248,000 nucleotides of DNA from Wallemia ichthyophaga EXF-994 (lineage: Eukaryota > Fungi > Basidiomycota). The stretch covers positions 20,001 through 268,000 of the forward strand of contig NW_008806281.1 in assembly GCF_000400465.1 (NCBI RefSeq). Reading direction: 5' to 3'. Positions 236,090 through 248,000 of this stretch are shown piece by piece. How positions within the stretch are numbered: the first letter of the stretch is position 1; each line of letters begins with the position of its first letter. The notes under the pieces are model-generated. The model did no database searches, was not told the origin of the DNA, and saw only the letters and a program-made list of their open reading frames with translations. Made by a program: the position numbers and the translations under genes.

Positions 236090-236855
236090 CGCACCTTCGA
236101 TGCTCGTGTTGAAGCAGGCCGAACCATCGTAGTGAGCTTTCGCCTTCTCTATTTCCTCGTTGCAAAGAGCCGATGACATCTGCCACATGTCAGACATTGC
236201 AATCGAATGACGTGACGTCCTTGACGCGTGTTGAGGAAGTTGAGACGCAAATCCATAAGCATTAAAGCTTCGCCTTGGAGATATATTTTACTGATGCCAA
236301 GGGTGTGGCATCCTCCTTGCGCTGGTTGGGATTGACGAGAAATCCTCACTCGTTCTTAATGGCAGTTTCTGTCTTCTCCTTGTATTTTTAGTGCGTTTTT
236401 GGTCCTTTTGCTGATCTCAGCTACGTCTTCGGCGTAAAACAGCTTCTTATTCTCCTTTTCACGCTCCCTGTTCATCATAGCGAGCATTTCTTCGAATTGA
236501 GCTTTTGAAGTCATTCGTTATAGTGAGCTTAGACAACAAACTGGATTTCCTGCACAATTAACTTTTATTATCTAATTACTTATGGCTGCGCCCTGGTCGC
236601 CATCCGACCCATTTCTCCTCGGTAGCTCCATTTCTTCCCAGAAGTCGAACAAAGGCGTAAACCCGTGTAAAATTGTTGAATATCTACATAATGCATTCAT
236701 ACATGTTTTTCTTCTTGACAAGATATGAACATTTCGTTAAAAAATTTCACCACGCCCATCATAAAATCTGCGCTCGCTCATTTTTTTTCCTCGGTCGATT
236801 TTATTTTTCACCCATCCCGAAATTCATCTCAGGATTTCGCTGAATTCAACTTAGG
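236090..236855 (-). repeat. dispersed repeat, homologous to 68070-68835
   Basis: Collinear similarity over ~750 bp. Confidence 0.85.
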
Positions 236856-236882
236856 TTTTTCGTTCTTGACCAAGTTTTCAAA

Positions 236883-237683
236883 ATGGCTGACCGTGGTAAG
236901 TACAAGGGAATTTATAGGCGCCAACACAGCTCACATATTATAGGCAGAGGATTCGGTAGAGGCAGAGGTCGTGGACCACGCCGTGGCAGACAAACCAAAG
237001 ACGAGAGCAAGGAGTGGGTTCCAGTAACCAAGCTTGGCCGTCTTGTGAAGGCAGGCAAGGTCAAGTCAATGGAGGAGATCTACTTGTTCTCAATTCCTGT
237101 CAAGGAGTACCAAATTGTCGACTTCTTCTTGCCAAAGCTCAAGGATGAAGTTATGAAGATTTCTCCAGTTCAGAAGCAAACTAGAGCTGGTCAACGTACA
237201 CGCTTCAAGGCTTTCGTTGCAATTGGTGACTCTGATGGCCACGTTGGTCTCGGTGTCAAGTGCGCAAAGGAAGTTGCAACCGCTATCCGTGGTGCAATGA
237301 TCGCAGCAAAGCTTGCGACTATTCCAGTCAGACGTGGCTACTGGGGTAACGCTCTTGCTGAACCACACACAGTCCCTTGCAAGGTTTCTGGTAAGTGTGG
237401 TTCCGTCATGGCTAGGTTGGTTCCTGCTCCAAGAGGTACCGGTATCGTCGCTGCTCCTGCTTCAAAGAGGATGTTGCAATTAGCTGGTATTCAAGACTGT
237501 TACACTCAAACCAAGGGTAACACTTCAACCATGGGTAACTTTATCAAGGCCACCTTCCAAGCTATCTCTGGTACTTACGCTTTCCTCACTCCAAACCTCT
237601 GGCGTGATATTGCTCCACCACAGCATCCATTTGAAGAGCACTCAGCTCACCTTCAACTCGCACAAAAGCGTTCAGCTTACTAA
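236883..237683 (+). CDS. RPS2: 40S ribosomal protein S2
   Basis: [26 protein letters not shown]. Confidence 0.97.
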   Translation: MADRGKYKGIYRRQHSSHIIGRGFGRGRGRGPRRGRQTKDESKEWVPVTKLGRLVKAGKVKSMEEIYLFSIPVKEYQIVDFFLPKLKDEVMKISPVQKQTRAGQRTRFKAFVAIGDSDGHVGLGVKCAKEVATAIRGAMIAAKLATIPVRRGYWGNALAEPHTVPCKVSGKCGSVMARLVPAPRGTGIVAAPASKRMLQLAGIQDCYTQTKGNTSTMGNFIKATFQAISGTYAFLTPNLWRDIAPPQHPFEEHSAHLQLAQKRSAY

Positions 237684-237778
237684 GTCTAAGTGCTTATCTT
237701 TTGTAAGAGTTTGATTGTTCTTGAAATTTGTACGATTAGATTTGGTTGTGCTTGATTTGGGAGTGTACTTCATACCAT

Positions 237779-239228
237779 CATGTCTGATCAACTTACACCG
237801 CTAGCTATAGCATTCTCTGGTGCATTAGGCGCTGTTGTTAGCAGTTAGTTGAGATTTCTTGTCGATGATAGCTTCTAATTGTTCAAAGACGGCATTGTTT
237901 ACCCACTTGACACACTCAAAACACGCATACAAGCTAAAGACGCTAGCGACGAAACTGAAGACAGCGAAAGCAGCGATAACACCAAATATCAAGTCACAGA
238001 CATTTCAAATGATCTAGCACACATCCCTAAGAATACTCTTATCAACGGTATCATAAAGCTGTTCAAACAAGAAGGCATAGCAGCTGCGTATGGTGGTTTT
238101 GGTGCAAGTATGCTCAACACATTCTCACAGCGTGGGTTTCATTGGCTGTTTATGTATTATTCTCATGAAACCCCCAGAATTCGCATACTTTGTACGCACA
238201 CCGCTTATTGAACTCCACCTTCTAACCGGTCGCTACAAAAGTATTGGTATGGCGCAGTGAGAACGGCGTGGATCAAGTCATCCAAAAACAACGGCAATCT
238301 ATCCACAGTTGTTGAGTTACTCATGTGAGTTGAGTGTGTTTGTTTGGTATGATGATGTCATGACTCACACACATACACACTCAGCGGTGCAATAGCCGGC
238401 GATCTCGCACAGGTATTCACTATACCTGTCAATGTCATAGCCACAAGACAGCAGATCGGCGTGCAAGACGGCAACACCAACGCTACCTTCTTCTCCGTAG
238501 CTAAGCAGATAATCACAGACGACGGTCTTACTGGGCTGTGGAGGGGCTTACAGCCATCGCTGGTTCTTTCAGGTGGGATCCTTTCTTGTTATGCGAGCTC
238601 ATTCTTACGTTTTTTACGCTTTTCTCGCTCTCAGTCAATCCCGCTATCACTTACGGCGCTTACGAGAAACTTAAAACTGCCGCTCTGTCGAGACATCTCA
238701 GCCGCAGCGACGGGAGGATGAGTCCATGGGCCAATTTTTTCCTCGGGGCTATGTCCAAGACAGCAGCGACTATCGTGGGTAGAGGTTGTTTGTGCTGAAC
238801 TGGTCTGATGATACACATACAGGTCACATACCCTTATGTTAGTCTGCATTTGCGCTGATATACATATGTCACTGTCTCTAACAAGCACCCAGATCATGGC
238901 GAAAGTTAGAGTCATGGCTGGTACCCCGGTTACTTGGCGTAGCTCAAGAACCATTGAGCAGGACAAGAAGGAGTTGAAGAAGAATACAGGCGCACTTAAG
239001 CTCCTCATGCACATTTACAAGAAGAGGGGTATTGCTGGGTGGTACCAGGTGGGTCACTCTAGCAGCTCACTAGCACACTTTCTAATACTTGTCTCTTTCC
239101 TGCAGGGCATGCACGCTCAAATTGTCAAGGCCGTTCTCCAACAAGCTCTCTTGTTCGTCTTGAGAGACATATTTGAAAAGTACACCCTTTTCGGCGTGCT
239201 TATCTTGCGCTCTCTCCGTTCAGCTTGA
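237779..239228 (+). CDS. ANT1: peroxisomal adenine nucleotide carrier
   Basis: YPLDTLKTRIQ, VNPAITYG, Q.VKAVL.Q. Confidence 0.88.
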
Positions 239229-239322
239229 TGGGGTGGTGGGTTGTGTAGTATGAAATATGTGGTATTTGGCTTGTAGCTGTTGTCTTTGATACATGTATGT
239301 ATCTAAATATGAGTGGATTCTT

Positions 239323-240322
239323 TTACAGATTGACAATATCAACAATCACAGCATGCAGATTGTAATCCTTATCCTTATCATTCACATAATGACCACCGAC
239401 TGGACTGTTAGCTGCATTGACATGAATAGTGTAGTCACCGTTGTCGTAATGAACGACTTGAAATCCTCTGCTTTCGTGTATATGTCCAAAGACATGTAGT
239501 TTTGGTCTCAGACGCGGCAGTGCGTCTGTCAATTCGATGCAGCCGACGTGTAAATTGGATTGGGTTTTATCGAGGATGTTTCGAGGAGGACCGTGGGTGA
239601 TTCTGAGAAGGTGTTAGCTGAGAGTGCAGGAGTATGTGCTCTCCACTCAACAAAACATCGGTAGGTTCAAAGCTGCTGACTGTTTCTAATATTGTGTTAG
239701 TTTTGGGTGGATTGAGTGGAATCAAGCTATCACAACCCACGTAATGCTTTCATAGCTGTCTGCAACGAGGTTATTTTCAAGCAATATGAGTGAGACACAC
239801 TTACATGCTTCGTTGGTCGACGGGAGGGGTATAGAGGAGAACCAAGAATCTTCCATGTCTTTCTATCTATGCCTATTTCTCTGGTGTTATTTTGGAGGTA
239901 GTAAACACCATTAGTGACACCTTGAATTCCACATAGGAAGTGTATAGCGTCGGGGTCGCTGTGAGATAGATTCCAACTGCCATTTGTATATGGATATCCC
240001 TCTCTCAGTAACATTATATCGTGATTTCCAGCTATAATGACTTTTGAAGGGCAGGAAGATGATGCAAGCCAATTTGCAGTTACTCCATATTCAATGTTGG
240101 ACAGAGTAGACAAATCACCTGCGTGTATGAGAATTTCACCGTATGGAATATCGAATGTACGATTGTGAGTGTCCTGTGTGTGTTTAGGAGGGCTATTTGA
240201 TAGTGCTGGCTACGCACAGATATCAGAATGAAACGCGTTGAGTTTGGCAATTTATTTGGAGGTGCAGCAAGATCATATTCAAAGTAGATGGCGAATTCAT
240301 CTTGAACCAGATTCATGTACAC
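239323..240322 (-). CDS. MPPED-like metallophosphoesterase
   Basis: SDTH, HAGD, AGNHD, HVFGHIHE. Confidence 0.85.
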
Positions 240323-240387
240323 GTCTATAGCCTCTGTGAATAGCCACCTCCCTGCCTCTCAACCACCAAATATAAATATTATTTAAA

Positions 240388-241292
240388 ATGTCTAGTATCG
240401 GCACTGGATATGATTTATCTGCATCCACGTATTCCCCAGATGGCAGAATATTCCAAGTCGGTCGCCTCTTACGCCAGAAACAGCACACGCTGACGTTTGC
240501 ATGCATTTTAGATTGAATACGCAAACAAGGCTGTGGAGAATGCTGGGTGGGTATAGATTGGCTTATGTACGCTATCTCACTCCTTCCAGCACTGTAATTG
240601 GGATTAGAACTAAAGACGGCGTCATCCTCGCTGCACAGAAGCTGTTAGATTCCAAATTGCTCGTTTCTGGCACAGCCAAGCGTATACTGACTGCTGATAT
240701 GCATATCGGTATGGTAAGTGTGGTTTCCTGTTCACGATTCCCTCTTCTCAACTCGCTCCACTCCCAGGCCTCTGCCGGTTTGCGTGCGGATGGAAAGCAC
240801 CTTCAGACAAGGGCGAGAGAGGAGTGCAAGAACTACCGCGACAACTACATGTCGCCTATCCCCCTCAAACACCTCTCTGACAGACTCGGCTCGTATCTCA
240901 ACGCGTACACGCTGTACTCCTCCGTGAGGCCATTCGGGATATCCACAGTCATCTCGTCGTGCGACAAGAACGGTCCACAGCTCTACGCTATTGAGCCATC
241001 TGGTCTCTACTGGGGATACCAAGCTACTGCTATCGGTAAAGGCAAGCAACTCGCTCAGACGGAACTCGAGAAACTTAATTTCGACGAGCTGTCAATGCGT
241101 CAGGCTGTGTTTGAAGCAGCTAGAATTATTCACCTCGTTCATGACCCTACTAAGGACAAGGGATTCGAGTTGGAGATTAGCTGGATCGGTAAAGACTCGC
241201 AGTATAAACACGTTCACGTGCCTGCGCAACTGTATGACGAGGCTAACGAGTTGGGTAAGACACAGGCTGAGTCTGGACGTATGCAGGAGTGA
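240388..241292 (+). CDS. PRE10: proteasome alpha-7
   Basis: [19 protein letters not shown]. Confidence 0.96.
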
Positions 241293-241366
241293 GTTGGTGT
241301 ATGCAGTATGCAGTTAAGTGTTAAGTGTATTTGATAAAGATGAGCATGATTAGCGCATTACAAGAA

Positions 241367-242169
241367 CTACTTGTTCTCTGGAGTGAATTTCAAGCTGTGC
241401 TCGGTGTTAGGAGTGTTAAATAACTAAGCCAACCTATTTAAACCCACCTAACGGAATTGACACAGTGACGGTCATTCACCTTGTCACCAGCTAGATTCTT
241501 ATATCCCTCGCCTTCAAAGATGTGTCCAAGATGACCGTCGCAGTTGGAGCATGTTATTTCGATCCTCTTCATCCCGAATGAGTTATCGACGTGACGGTTG
241601 ATTTTCCCGGGGAGGGCTGTGAAATAAGCAGGCCAGCCGCCTAAAGGGGTGTGAGTGTGATAACCGGTGTGATTACGAATGCTTACAATGGCTAACCATT
241701 TTGTGGCTATTGTTTGGTTAAATTTTCATAGGTGGTGTCTCAAAGAAAAACGCACTCAGATGTATAAAGTGGAGTGTCGCAACCAGCGCAATTGTACACG
241801 CCTTTGTCGAAATGCTCGTCGTATTCACCTAAGTCGGTGTGTCAACTATGACGTTATTCACCGCCACAGTGGCAAACCTCACCAGTGCCTGCCATTTCGG
241901 TGCCCTTTTGACGTAGAATGCGGAACTGGAGGGCGTTAGAGGTTTGTGTGGGGGATGATATATGAATTGTACCTGCTCTGGAGAAAGCTTTGCTTGCCAT
242001 TCAGCTGTGTATCCAGTGAGTTGTGTTTAGACTGTAGAATGCAAAAGAATGCCCACCTTCTGAAATCATCTTGTGTTTTGCTGCTTGGGTGGTGCTTGTG
242101 ATTCTTCTTGCTAAAGTAGGTCTAGCTGCTAGTGCTCTACGTAGTAGCATTATAAGAAAGAGTAGACAT
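241367..242169 (-). CDS. MXR2: methionine-R-sulfoxide reductase MsrB
   Basis: GWPAYF, CSNCDGHLGHIF, RHCVNS. Confidence 0.92.
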
Positions 242170-242275
242170 GGCAATATAAATCAGTCTATGTATATTGTAT
242201 ATGTGGATTGTATCGATTGAAAGCATCCTCGACATTCTCAGCATCCTTAACGCCCTCAACACCCTCACAACCCAA

Positions 242276-242968
242276 ATGCCATCTTCCATACTCCTCCTCA
242301 ATCCGAATTCCAGCGAACAAGTCACAGAAGGGCTGCGCAGTCTAGTGGGAAACTGCAGCGATGACGAGTGCAGTATAACGACCCAATCGGCACCGCCCGA
242401 GGCACCAAGGAGCATCTACGACACCGCCAGTGGCGTAAAGAGTGCCATGGAATGTTACAAGCGCAACTACACGCAATACGACGGTGTAATAGTAGGATGC
242501 TATTCGAACCATCCCCTCATACCAATGCTCCGCGAGCGGTACAAGTACAAGCAGATCATCGGTGTCTTAGAGGCTTCTATCACCGCAGCTCTGCTATCTC
242601 CCGCGAGGAAATTCGGCTTTGTCACTACCTCCCCGCACTGGATCGACGAGTTCGGTAGAGCTGTAGGTGAGACCCTCGGCATTGGCGCCAACGCGTCAGA
242701 TCGCTACGTTGGAACCACCTGCAGTGATTTCGATGTCGTAGAATTGCGTACTGCTAAAGAAAGCACCGTCAATGCTAAACTTATTCATTGCGCTCAGGAT
242801 CTCGTACAGCGTGGCGCAAACACTGTTGTTCTCGCTTGCGCAGGTATGGCTGGGAAAAGTGTGTACGTTCAACACCAACTGCGTCAACTCAATAGCCAGC
242901 GCGTAGATGTTATCGATGGGGTGCAAGTGGCCGTTGACCAGATGAAAATGTTGGTTAAAATGTTGTGA
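242276..242968 (+). CDS. DCG1: Asp/Glu/hydantoin racemase
   Basis: LLLNPNSS, GCYSNHP, LACAGM. Confidence 0.88.
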   Translation: MPSSILLLNPNSSEQVTEGLRSLVGNCSDDECSITTQSAPPEAPRSIYDTASGVKSAMECYKRNYTQYDGVIVGCYSNHPLIPMLRERYKYKQIIGVLEASITAALLSPARKFGFVTTSPHWIDEFGRAVGETLGIGANASDRYVGTTCSDFDVVELRTAKESTVNAKLIHCAQDLVQRGANTVVLACAGMAGKSVYVQHQLRQLNSQRVDVIDGVQVAVDQMKMLVKML

Positions 242969-243032
242969 TGAGATGATTATGCCAAATGTCTCAAATATCT
243001 CAAATGTCTCAAATGTAATACATTACAACTGC

Positions 243033-243860
243033 TCACTGTACACTAAATAAGGCACCACTTGGTCTACTCACCCAACGATAGGTGAGCAATGACTGCGGAG
243101 TTTCATCGACGACAACCTGCGAAGACTCGCGATCCTCCTCATCTTTATCCTCCTCCTTCTTTCCTCGACGTTTAGAAGCGGTTTTGGTGAGCAATCTGTT
243201 GATAGTCTCCACCTTCTCATTCTCTAGACGCTGATCAGATTGGTGTTTACGCCTGCGCAGCAACTCAGCCTTTTTCAACGCCTGTTCTTCTTCTGTGAGC
243301 GTAGTCTTATGCTGTCTGCCTATATCAAGTGACATGAGCTCTGGTGTGTCGCTGGTGCCGTCGTCATTGGGTTGTTTGAGTGCAGCACGCTGTCTCGCAG
243401 TGAGACGTTGTTCATCTTTATCATTGTCTTTCCGCGTGTCTGCGTCATCGAGGTCATCCAACTCATCTTGATCGAGGTCATCCTCACCTTCACCCTCACC
243501 CTCACCACTGCTTATCTCGTCAATTTCCTCCTCACGCGATTTTTCGCGCGGTTTCTGCTGAGTTGCACGGGCGGAAGTGCGGGCAGAAGAGCGTGCACCG
243601 CGTGGTCTAGCAGCAGCACTCGAGTTGGATTTCTTATTAGTGGAACCAGGTGGGCGACCTCTGCGAGCCTTTGGCTTGGAGGTTTGAGACGGTGTGTCGT
243701 CGTCGTCGTTGTCGTCGTTGTCGTCATCCTCGTCGTCGTCGTTGTGTATATCGTCGTCATCGTCGACCATGTCCACATCATCTTGAGAATAATCCTCCAT
243801 GTTATCGTGTCCATCCTCCGAGGCTAACTCGTCTACCTCATCATCCTCACTCTCGACGAT
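243033..243860 (-). CDS. IES2: INO80 subunit Ies2 (PAPA-1)
   Basis: LTARQRA, ETINRLL. Confidence 0.85.
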   Translation of the reverse strand: MVESEDDEVDELASEDGHDNMEDYSQDDVDMVDDDDDIHNDDDEDDDNDDNDDDDTPSQTSKPKARRGRPPGSTNKKSNSSAAARPRGARSSARTSARATQQKPREKSREEEIDEISSGEGEGEGEDDLDQDELDDLDDADTRKDNDKDEQRLTARQRAALKQPNDDGTSDTPELMSLDIGRQHKTTLTEEEQALKKAELLRRRKHQSDQRLENEKVETINRLLTKTASKRRGKKEEDKDEEDRESSQVVVDETPQSLLTYRWVSRPSGALFSVQ

Positions 243861-243943
243861 GGCTTGTAATAAATTTAATTTAATTTCCAGTTAAAATCCA
243901 ACTAAGACGCACTCTTTGGCATTTTATTTTTATTTATCTTTAT

Positions 243944-245721
243944 TTATTTTACCTGTTGGCTGTTGGATTCAAACCTCCCAAGCGTCACCTCCTCCCAGAT
244001 TTCTCTGCAGTTGACGACTGATCCGAGTCTTGAACAAAGAAGAAAAGCCCCCGAAAGCTTCCGATTGAGGCTGTAAGTTTCCTTAGGCGGTGGTGTAAGA
244101 CGATGTTGGAGCATGATCGGTATCTGTGCCTTGACGCGTTCCGTGATGGTTTGATTCAAGAAGCTGTAAGGTTCTGCCTGTCTGAACGGCTCACCCAGAG
244201 CCAACATGGATGCGATATGTGCGTTGATCATTTCCTCGCTCTCGTCGCCCGTCAGATATCCCAACTGCAGCGAAGTCCTCACGCACTCCTCTCTATCGCC
244301 ATTCCCTGCTGCCAGTAACAAACGTCCAAACGCACCGACGAAATCCTCCGTATACGCTCTTGACGCGCCGAAGTCGATAAGGTTAATCCTTCCACACTCC
244401 CCATCCCACAGGAAGTTACTCCAGTTAGGATCTGTCTGCATCAGTCTGAATTGGAATATTTCGCTAATGCAAAGGCGCATAATGGCTGATCCAATCTGTG
244501 TGGCGGGTGAGCAGTGTACACAGCACACTCGCTATACCTTTCACCCACCTTGTCTTTCGTTGGCTGGTCGTATGTGTACGCCCTCGACAGCGACTCTCCC
244601 GGCATGAATTGTGTGGTGAGTATGTTGGGTGTGCACAAGTCTTTTACCACCACGGGGCAGCTGAAGACGGGGTCATTATGCAGATACTCCCCAAACCGCT
244701 CTCCACATTCAGCTTCGCGGAGGTAGTCGCATTCATCAGCCAGCTCAGTGCGCATCTGACGAATAGTGTTATCGAGGAACAATCCACGCGGGAGGATGCC
244801 GCTGGCCGCGACGAGCAGTTTAAGGTTGTTCAGATCCGAGCTAATGCTCTCTTTAACGCCTGGGAACTGGATTTTGAGGGCGACGTGCATGCGTGGGTGT
244901 GTGGGGTGGTGTGCGCTGAGTGTCGCCGTGTGCACCTGCCCAATACTCGCAGCAGCCACAGGCACCTTGTCGAAATGCTCGAAATGGCTGATCCAGTCAG
245001 CACCGTACTCGGCGGCGAGCACTCTCTCTAGCTGCCAGTTGGGCATGTAGTCGGCCTTATTCTGTAGCCGCGTCAACGCCGTTTCTATCTCGGGTGGCAG
245101 CAGGTGGCTGTCCTGGATCGAGAGGAATTGTCCGAGTTTGAGGGCTGCGCCGCGCATTACTGACAGCTTGGCCACTAGTCGGTCGACGTTGGCTGGGGAG
245201 AGCAAGGCGGAATGTTGGGTATTGCCGCCGCGGAGTACTTGACTCGCTGTGCCGTACGTAAGCCCCGCTGCTAAGCCTCCGTAGTGGAATAGCCTGCCTA
245301 AGCGCGAAGACGGTACCTTTGTGTAGCGTGGAGAGTGTGAGGGTGGTTGAGAGGGTGGCACTGCGAGAGGCTGTGTGGGTGTATGCGATATCCCCGATGT
245401 CTCGTGTATGCCGTGCGGCTGTAAAGTAGTTTGAGACATTGTGGTGGATGGCTGTGAGTCTGGTTGTTTGGGAGAATGAGTTCTTGAGAGTGATTGGCTG
245501 GGATTGCTAGAATGATTTCGATCCATGTGTGCATTCTGTGTGTCACTGCCACTGCCACCACCACCACCACCACCACCACCACTATCGCGTGCGTAAGCAT
245601 ATAAATCCTCCAAAGACTCAAATTGCTGTGTATTTCGTGGCAAAGGGGTATAAATCCGCTTCAAAGAGTTCAAAATTTTAAAATAATTGGAAAGCATGTC
245701 GTGGTGGTTCCGAGTAGACAA
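243944..245721 (-). CDS. COQ8: ABC1/ADCK atypical kinase
   Basis: MRGAALKLGQFLS, AAASIGQVH, QTDPNWSNF. Confidence 0.95.
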
Positions 245722-245724
245722 CCA

Positions 245725-246150
245725 TGGTCAACGTAAAGAGCTGGAAGGAGTACCAGAAGCGGAGTATTGAGCTGTTCAGCGACAATCCAAAGAAGGTGGA
245801 GCGCTGTGCTTTGTACCAGTCACCACACTAACCACCCACAGTACCGATACTGCGTTAAATGGCGAGCAGCCAAGAAGGATCTGGTCGTCAAGTCCACCAA
245901 CGACCACCTCTGCCTCAAGTACAAAACCCAGTCGGCGTCTATTCTCAATAGATTCCTCTCTTTCAATCGCAAGCTCGGCTTCCTTATGTCTGACACGGAG
246001 GATTTCCAGATTCAGCAGCCAGAATCACAACCACAATCACAACCTCAATCTCAATCTCAGTCACAGTCGCGACCACCACAATTACACCCACACTCTCCCT
246101 CAGACTCCCCCTCGACAAAAAATAAGAAGAAAAACAAGAAGAAAAAGTAG
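245725..246150 (+). CDS. SRP21: SRP9/21 subunit
   Basis: RYCVKWR..LVVKSTND..CLKYKT; K-rich tail. Confidence 0.8.
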
Positions 246151-246189
246151 CTTTGCTTGTATTTTACTTGACATCCCAGATTTCACTTG

Positions 246190-247758
246190 ATATCCCCTTC
246201 TCACTGACTCAGCGGCAACGACACCGGCTTCTTGGGCGGGCTCTTGACCGTCTTGGGTGCCCCACTCTCCATAATCACCTTGAGCATCTCCTTGTTCATC
246301 CGAGCTGCCTCCTCGAAACGTGGCTCCAAGAAACGTGCCGTCGACTCAAACTTGTCCTTGTAGTGACTAAACGAGCCATGTTCGATAACCTCGGACCATC
246401 CTCGAGTTGCAACCACGAATTCTGTATCGTCCGAGCGATGGCTAATGTCAAAAGACGCCGACTCGAGCGCCGTATTCAGTCTATCGGGCGACCTAAAGAG
246501 GTACTCAGCCACACCGATCCACATCCTAAACAGGGGTGTTCCTGCGACGTCTAGATGATCAAAGGGATGAATACCCAGTCTGTTCCAGCAATCCACCATA
246601 GCAAGAATTGTGAGATGTGAGTTGCGTGCCGAGCAGTGCTGACTGGAGGGCTGATGGAGTGAGAAGCGATCGAGCAGGCTCTCACTAAGCAGAATAGGTG
246701 TGCGCTCACTCTTGCTTCCGTTCGTCCCTGGCTCCACTCCATCTTTATACCCAAACACCCGCCTACGAGCGTCGAGAGCGCGCTCCTTCAAACCATGGTA
246801 ATCCCCCGCAATCATCAACTTGAATAGCTCAGTCGCGGATGCAGCAAACTGCCGCACTTGCGCATGTGCACTTGGATTGAGAATAGCCAACCCCGCATAC
246901 ACATGCCACTTATTCGCATATATCCGCAGAGCTATGTTGCACTTGACGACTTCTATCCCGTTCACATAACGGTCTAGCTCCCACGGATAGCTCTGAGACA
247001 TGTTCCACGCTGTGCCCATGCTGAGGAAAGCGGCGTGGGTGACTGCCTGGGTGTTGGCAGTAACTATGTCATGCTCCTCGTACGTCAGATACACATAGCG
247101 GCTGCGAAAGCAGCTGAAGACATCCTCCGCCTTGCGCAGTACCCAGTCTGGAGAAGTGTGTTGGATGAGTACCTGGTGCGTTTGTGAGACATTGCACAAA
247201 GTGCAAAATGAAAATTGAAAAAACTCAAACCCACCAACGGCTGCCCCTCAGGACTCACGGTGGGGCCATGAAGAGAGTGGATGGATACTACATGCACATC
247301 GTGTGGAAGATGCCTCTCGAACGCAGCCCGTTCAGGTGCCTTTACTGAGGTCTGAGCCGACACTATGGCACCCACTTTCGTAGACGCGCCATACTCCCCA
247401 ACTACCCTATCTATGAACTCCGCCTCTACTGAATAGATGACGAAATCTGCCTTGCGTGATACTAGATGACCGTTTTTGACTACATGTACGGGTGTGTCGC
247501 GGTAGTAAGCAAATAGGCTGTCGTAGTTCTCAGGTCTATCGCAGACGATGCAGCTGTGCGTGTGTGTATCAGCGTAAGCTCTATGTAATAAACTCGATGA
247601 CGTAATTGTGACTGTAATTGCACTGTAGCTGCCACAACCTACGCAACCACCCACTCACCTCCAACCAGACTTGTAGAAATTGTTCGCATACATCTTCCCC
247701 ATATCCCCCATACCGATTATTCCAATTATAAATTCATTTTCAACTCCCATCGTCGTCG
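246190..247758 (-). CDS. TYR1: prephenate dehydrogenase (NADP+)
   Basis: IGIIGMGDMG, HSLHGP, TANTQAVTH. Confidence 0.95.
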
Positions 247759-248000
247759 TCGTTCTGCTTATAGAAAGTGAAAGTGTAGCAATGACCGGTC
247801 GATTGAAATTTAAAAAAAGCAGCAACCAATCGGATTCCGAGATTTTTGACAAGACGAAAGAGAAGTTCAAGAGGCGGTGCACGCGCATAAGTCCTCCGCG
247901 GTATGCATATCTCGACGAGCCTATTAGTCCGCCGAGAAAGACACGCAGACGGCGTTGGAATGGCGATGATGCTGACGCAGAAGAGGAAGAATTCAACGCC

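Overview
Gene-dense, intron-containing fungal (basidiomycete) chromosome segment with ~45-55 nt introns and very short intergenic spaces. The overall style suggests a Wallemia-like compact genome (inference, no search run). It holds roughly 140 mostly housekeeping genes (TRP5, VPS18, TPD3, MET13, RAD27, RAD2, MES1, CDC23, MET5, DMC1, UFD4, RPL3, LYS4, PIF1, STE20, DBP5, RPS2 and others), 7 tRNA genes, and several AT-richer accessory patches with pseudogenes. Two things stand out. (1) Two families of 5'-truncated non-LTR (Tad1/I-like, RNase H-bearing) retrotransposon fragments occur only just upstream of tRNA genes and point away from them, at 5 of 7 tRNA loci. Two carry clear 12-13 bp target-site duplications and one is nested in another, suggesting a tRNA-targeting LINE system. 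(2) A giant HMT1/ABCB6-like ABC half-transporter (~3,300 aa) is extended by a Cys cluster, ~29 copies of a 29-aa His/Asp/Lys repeat and four near-identical catalytically dead nucleotide-binding domains. Also noted: a decayed Argonaute, a SIZ/PIAS SP-RING lacking all four zinc ligands, head-to-head ATGs only 17-57 bp apart, truncated COG3/COG6, and mosaics of gene fragments next to a dispersed repeat. Gene names come from recognised motifs. Coordinates of spliced genes are approximate spans.
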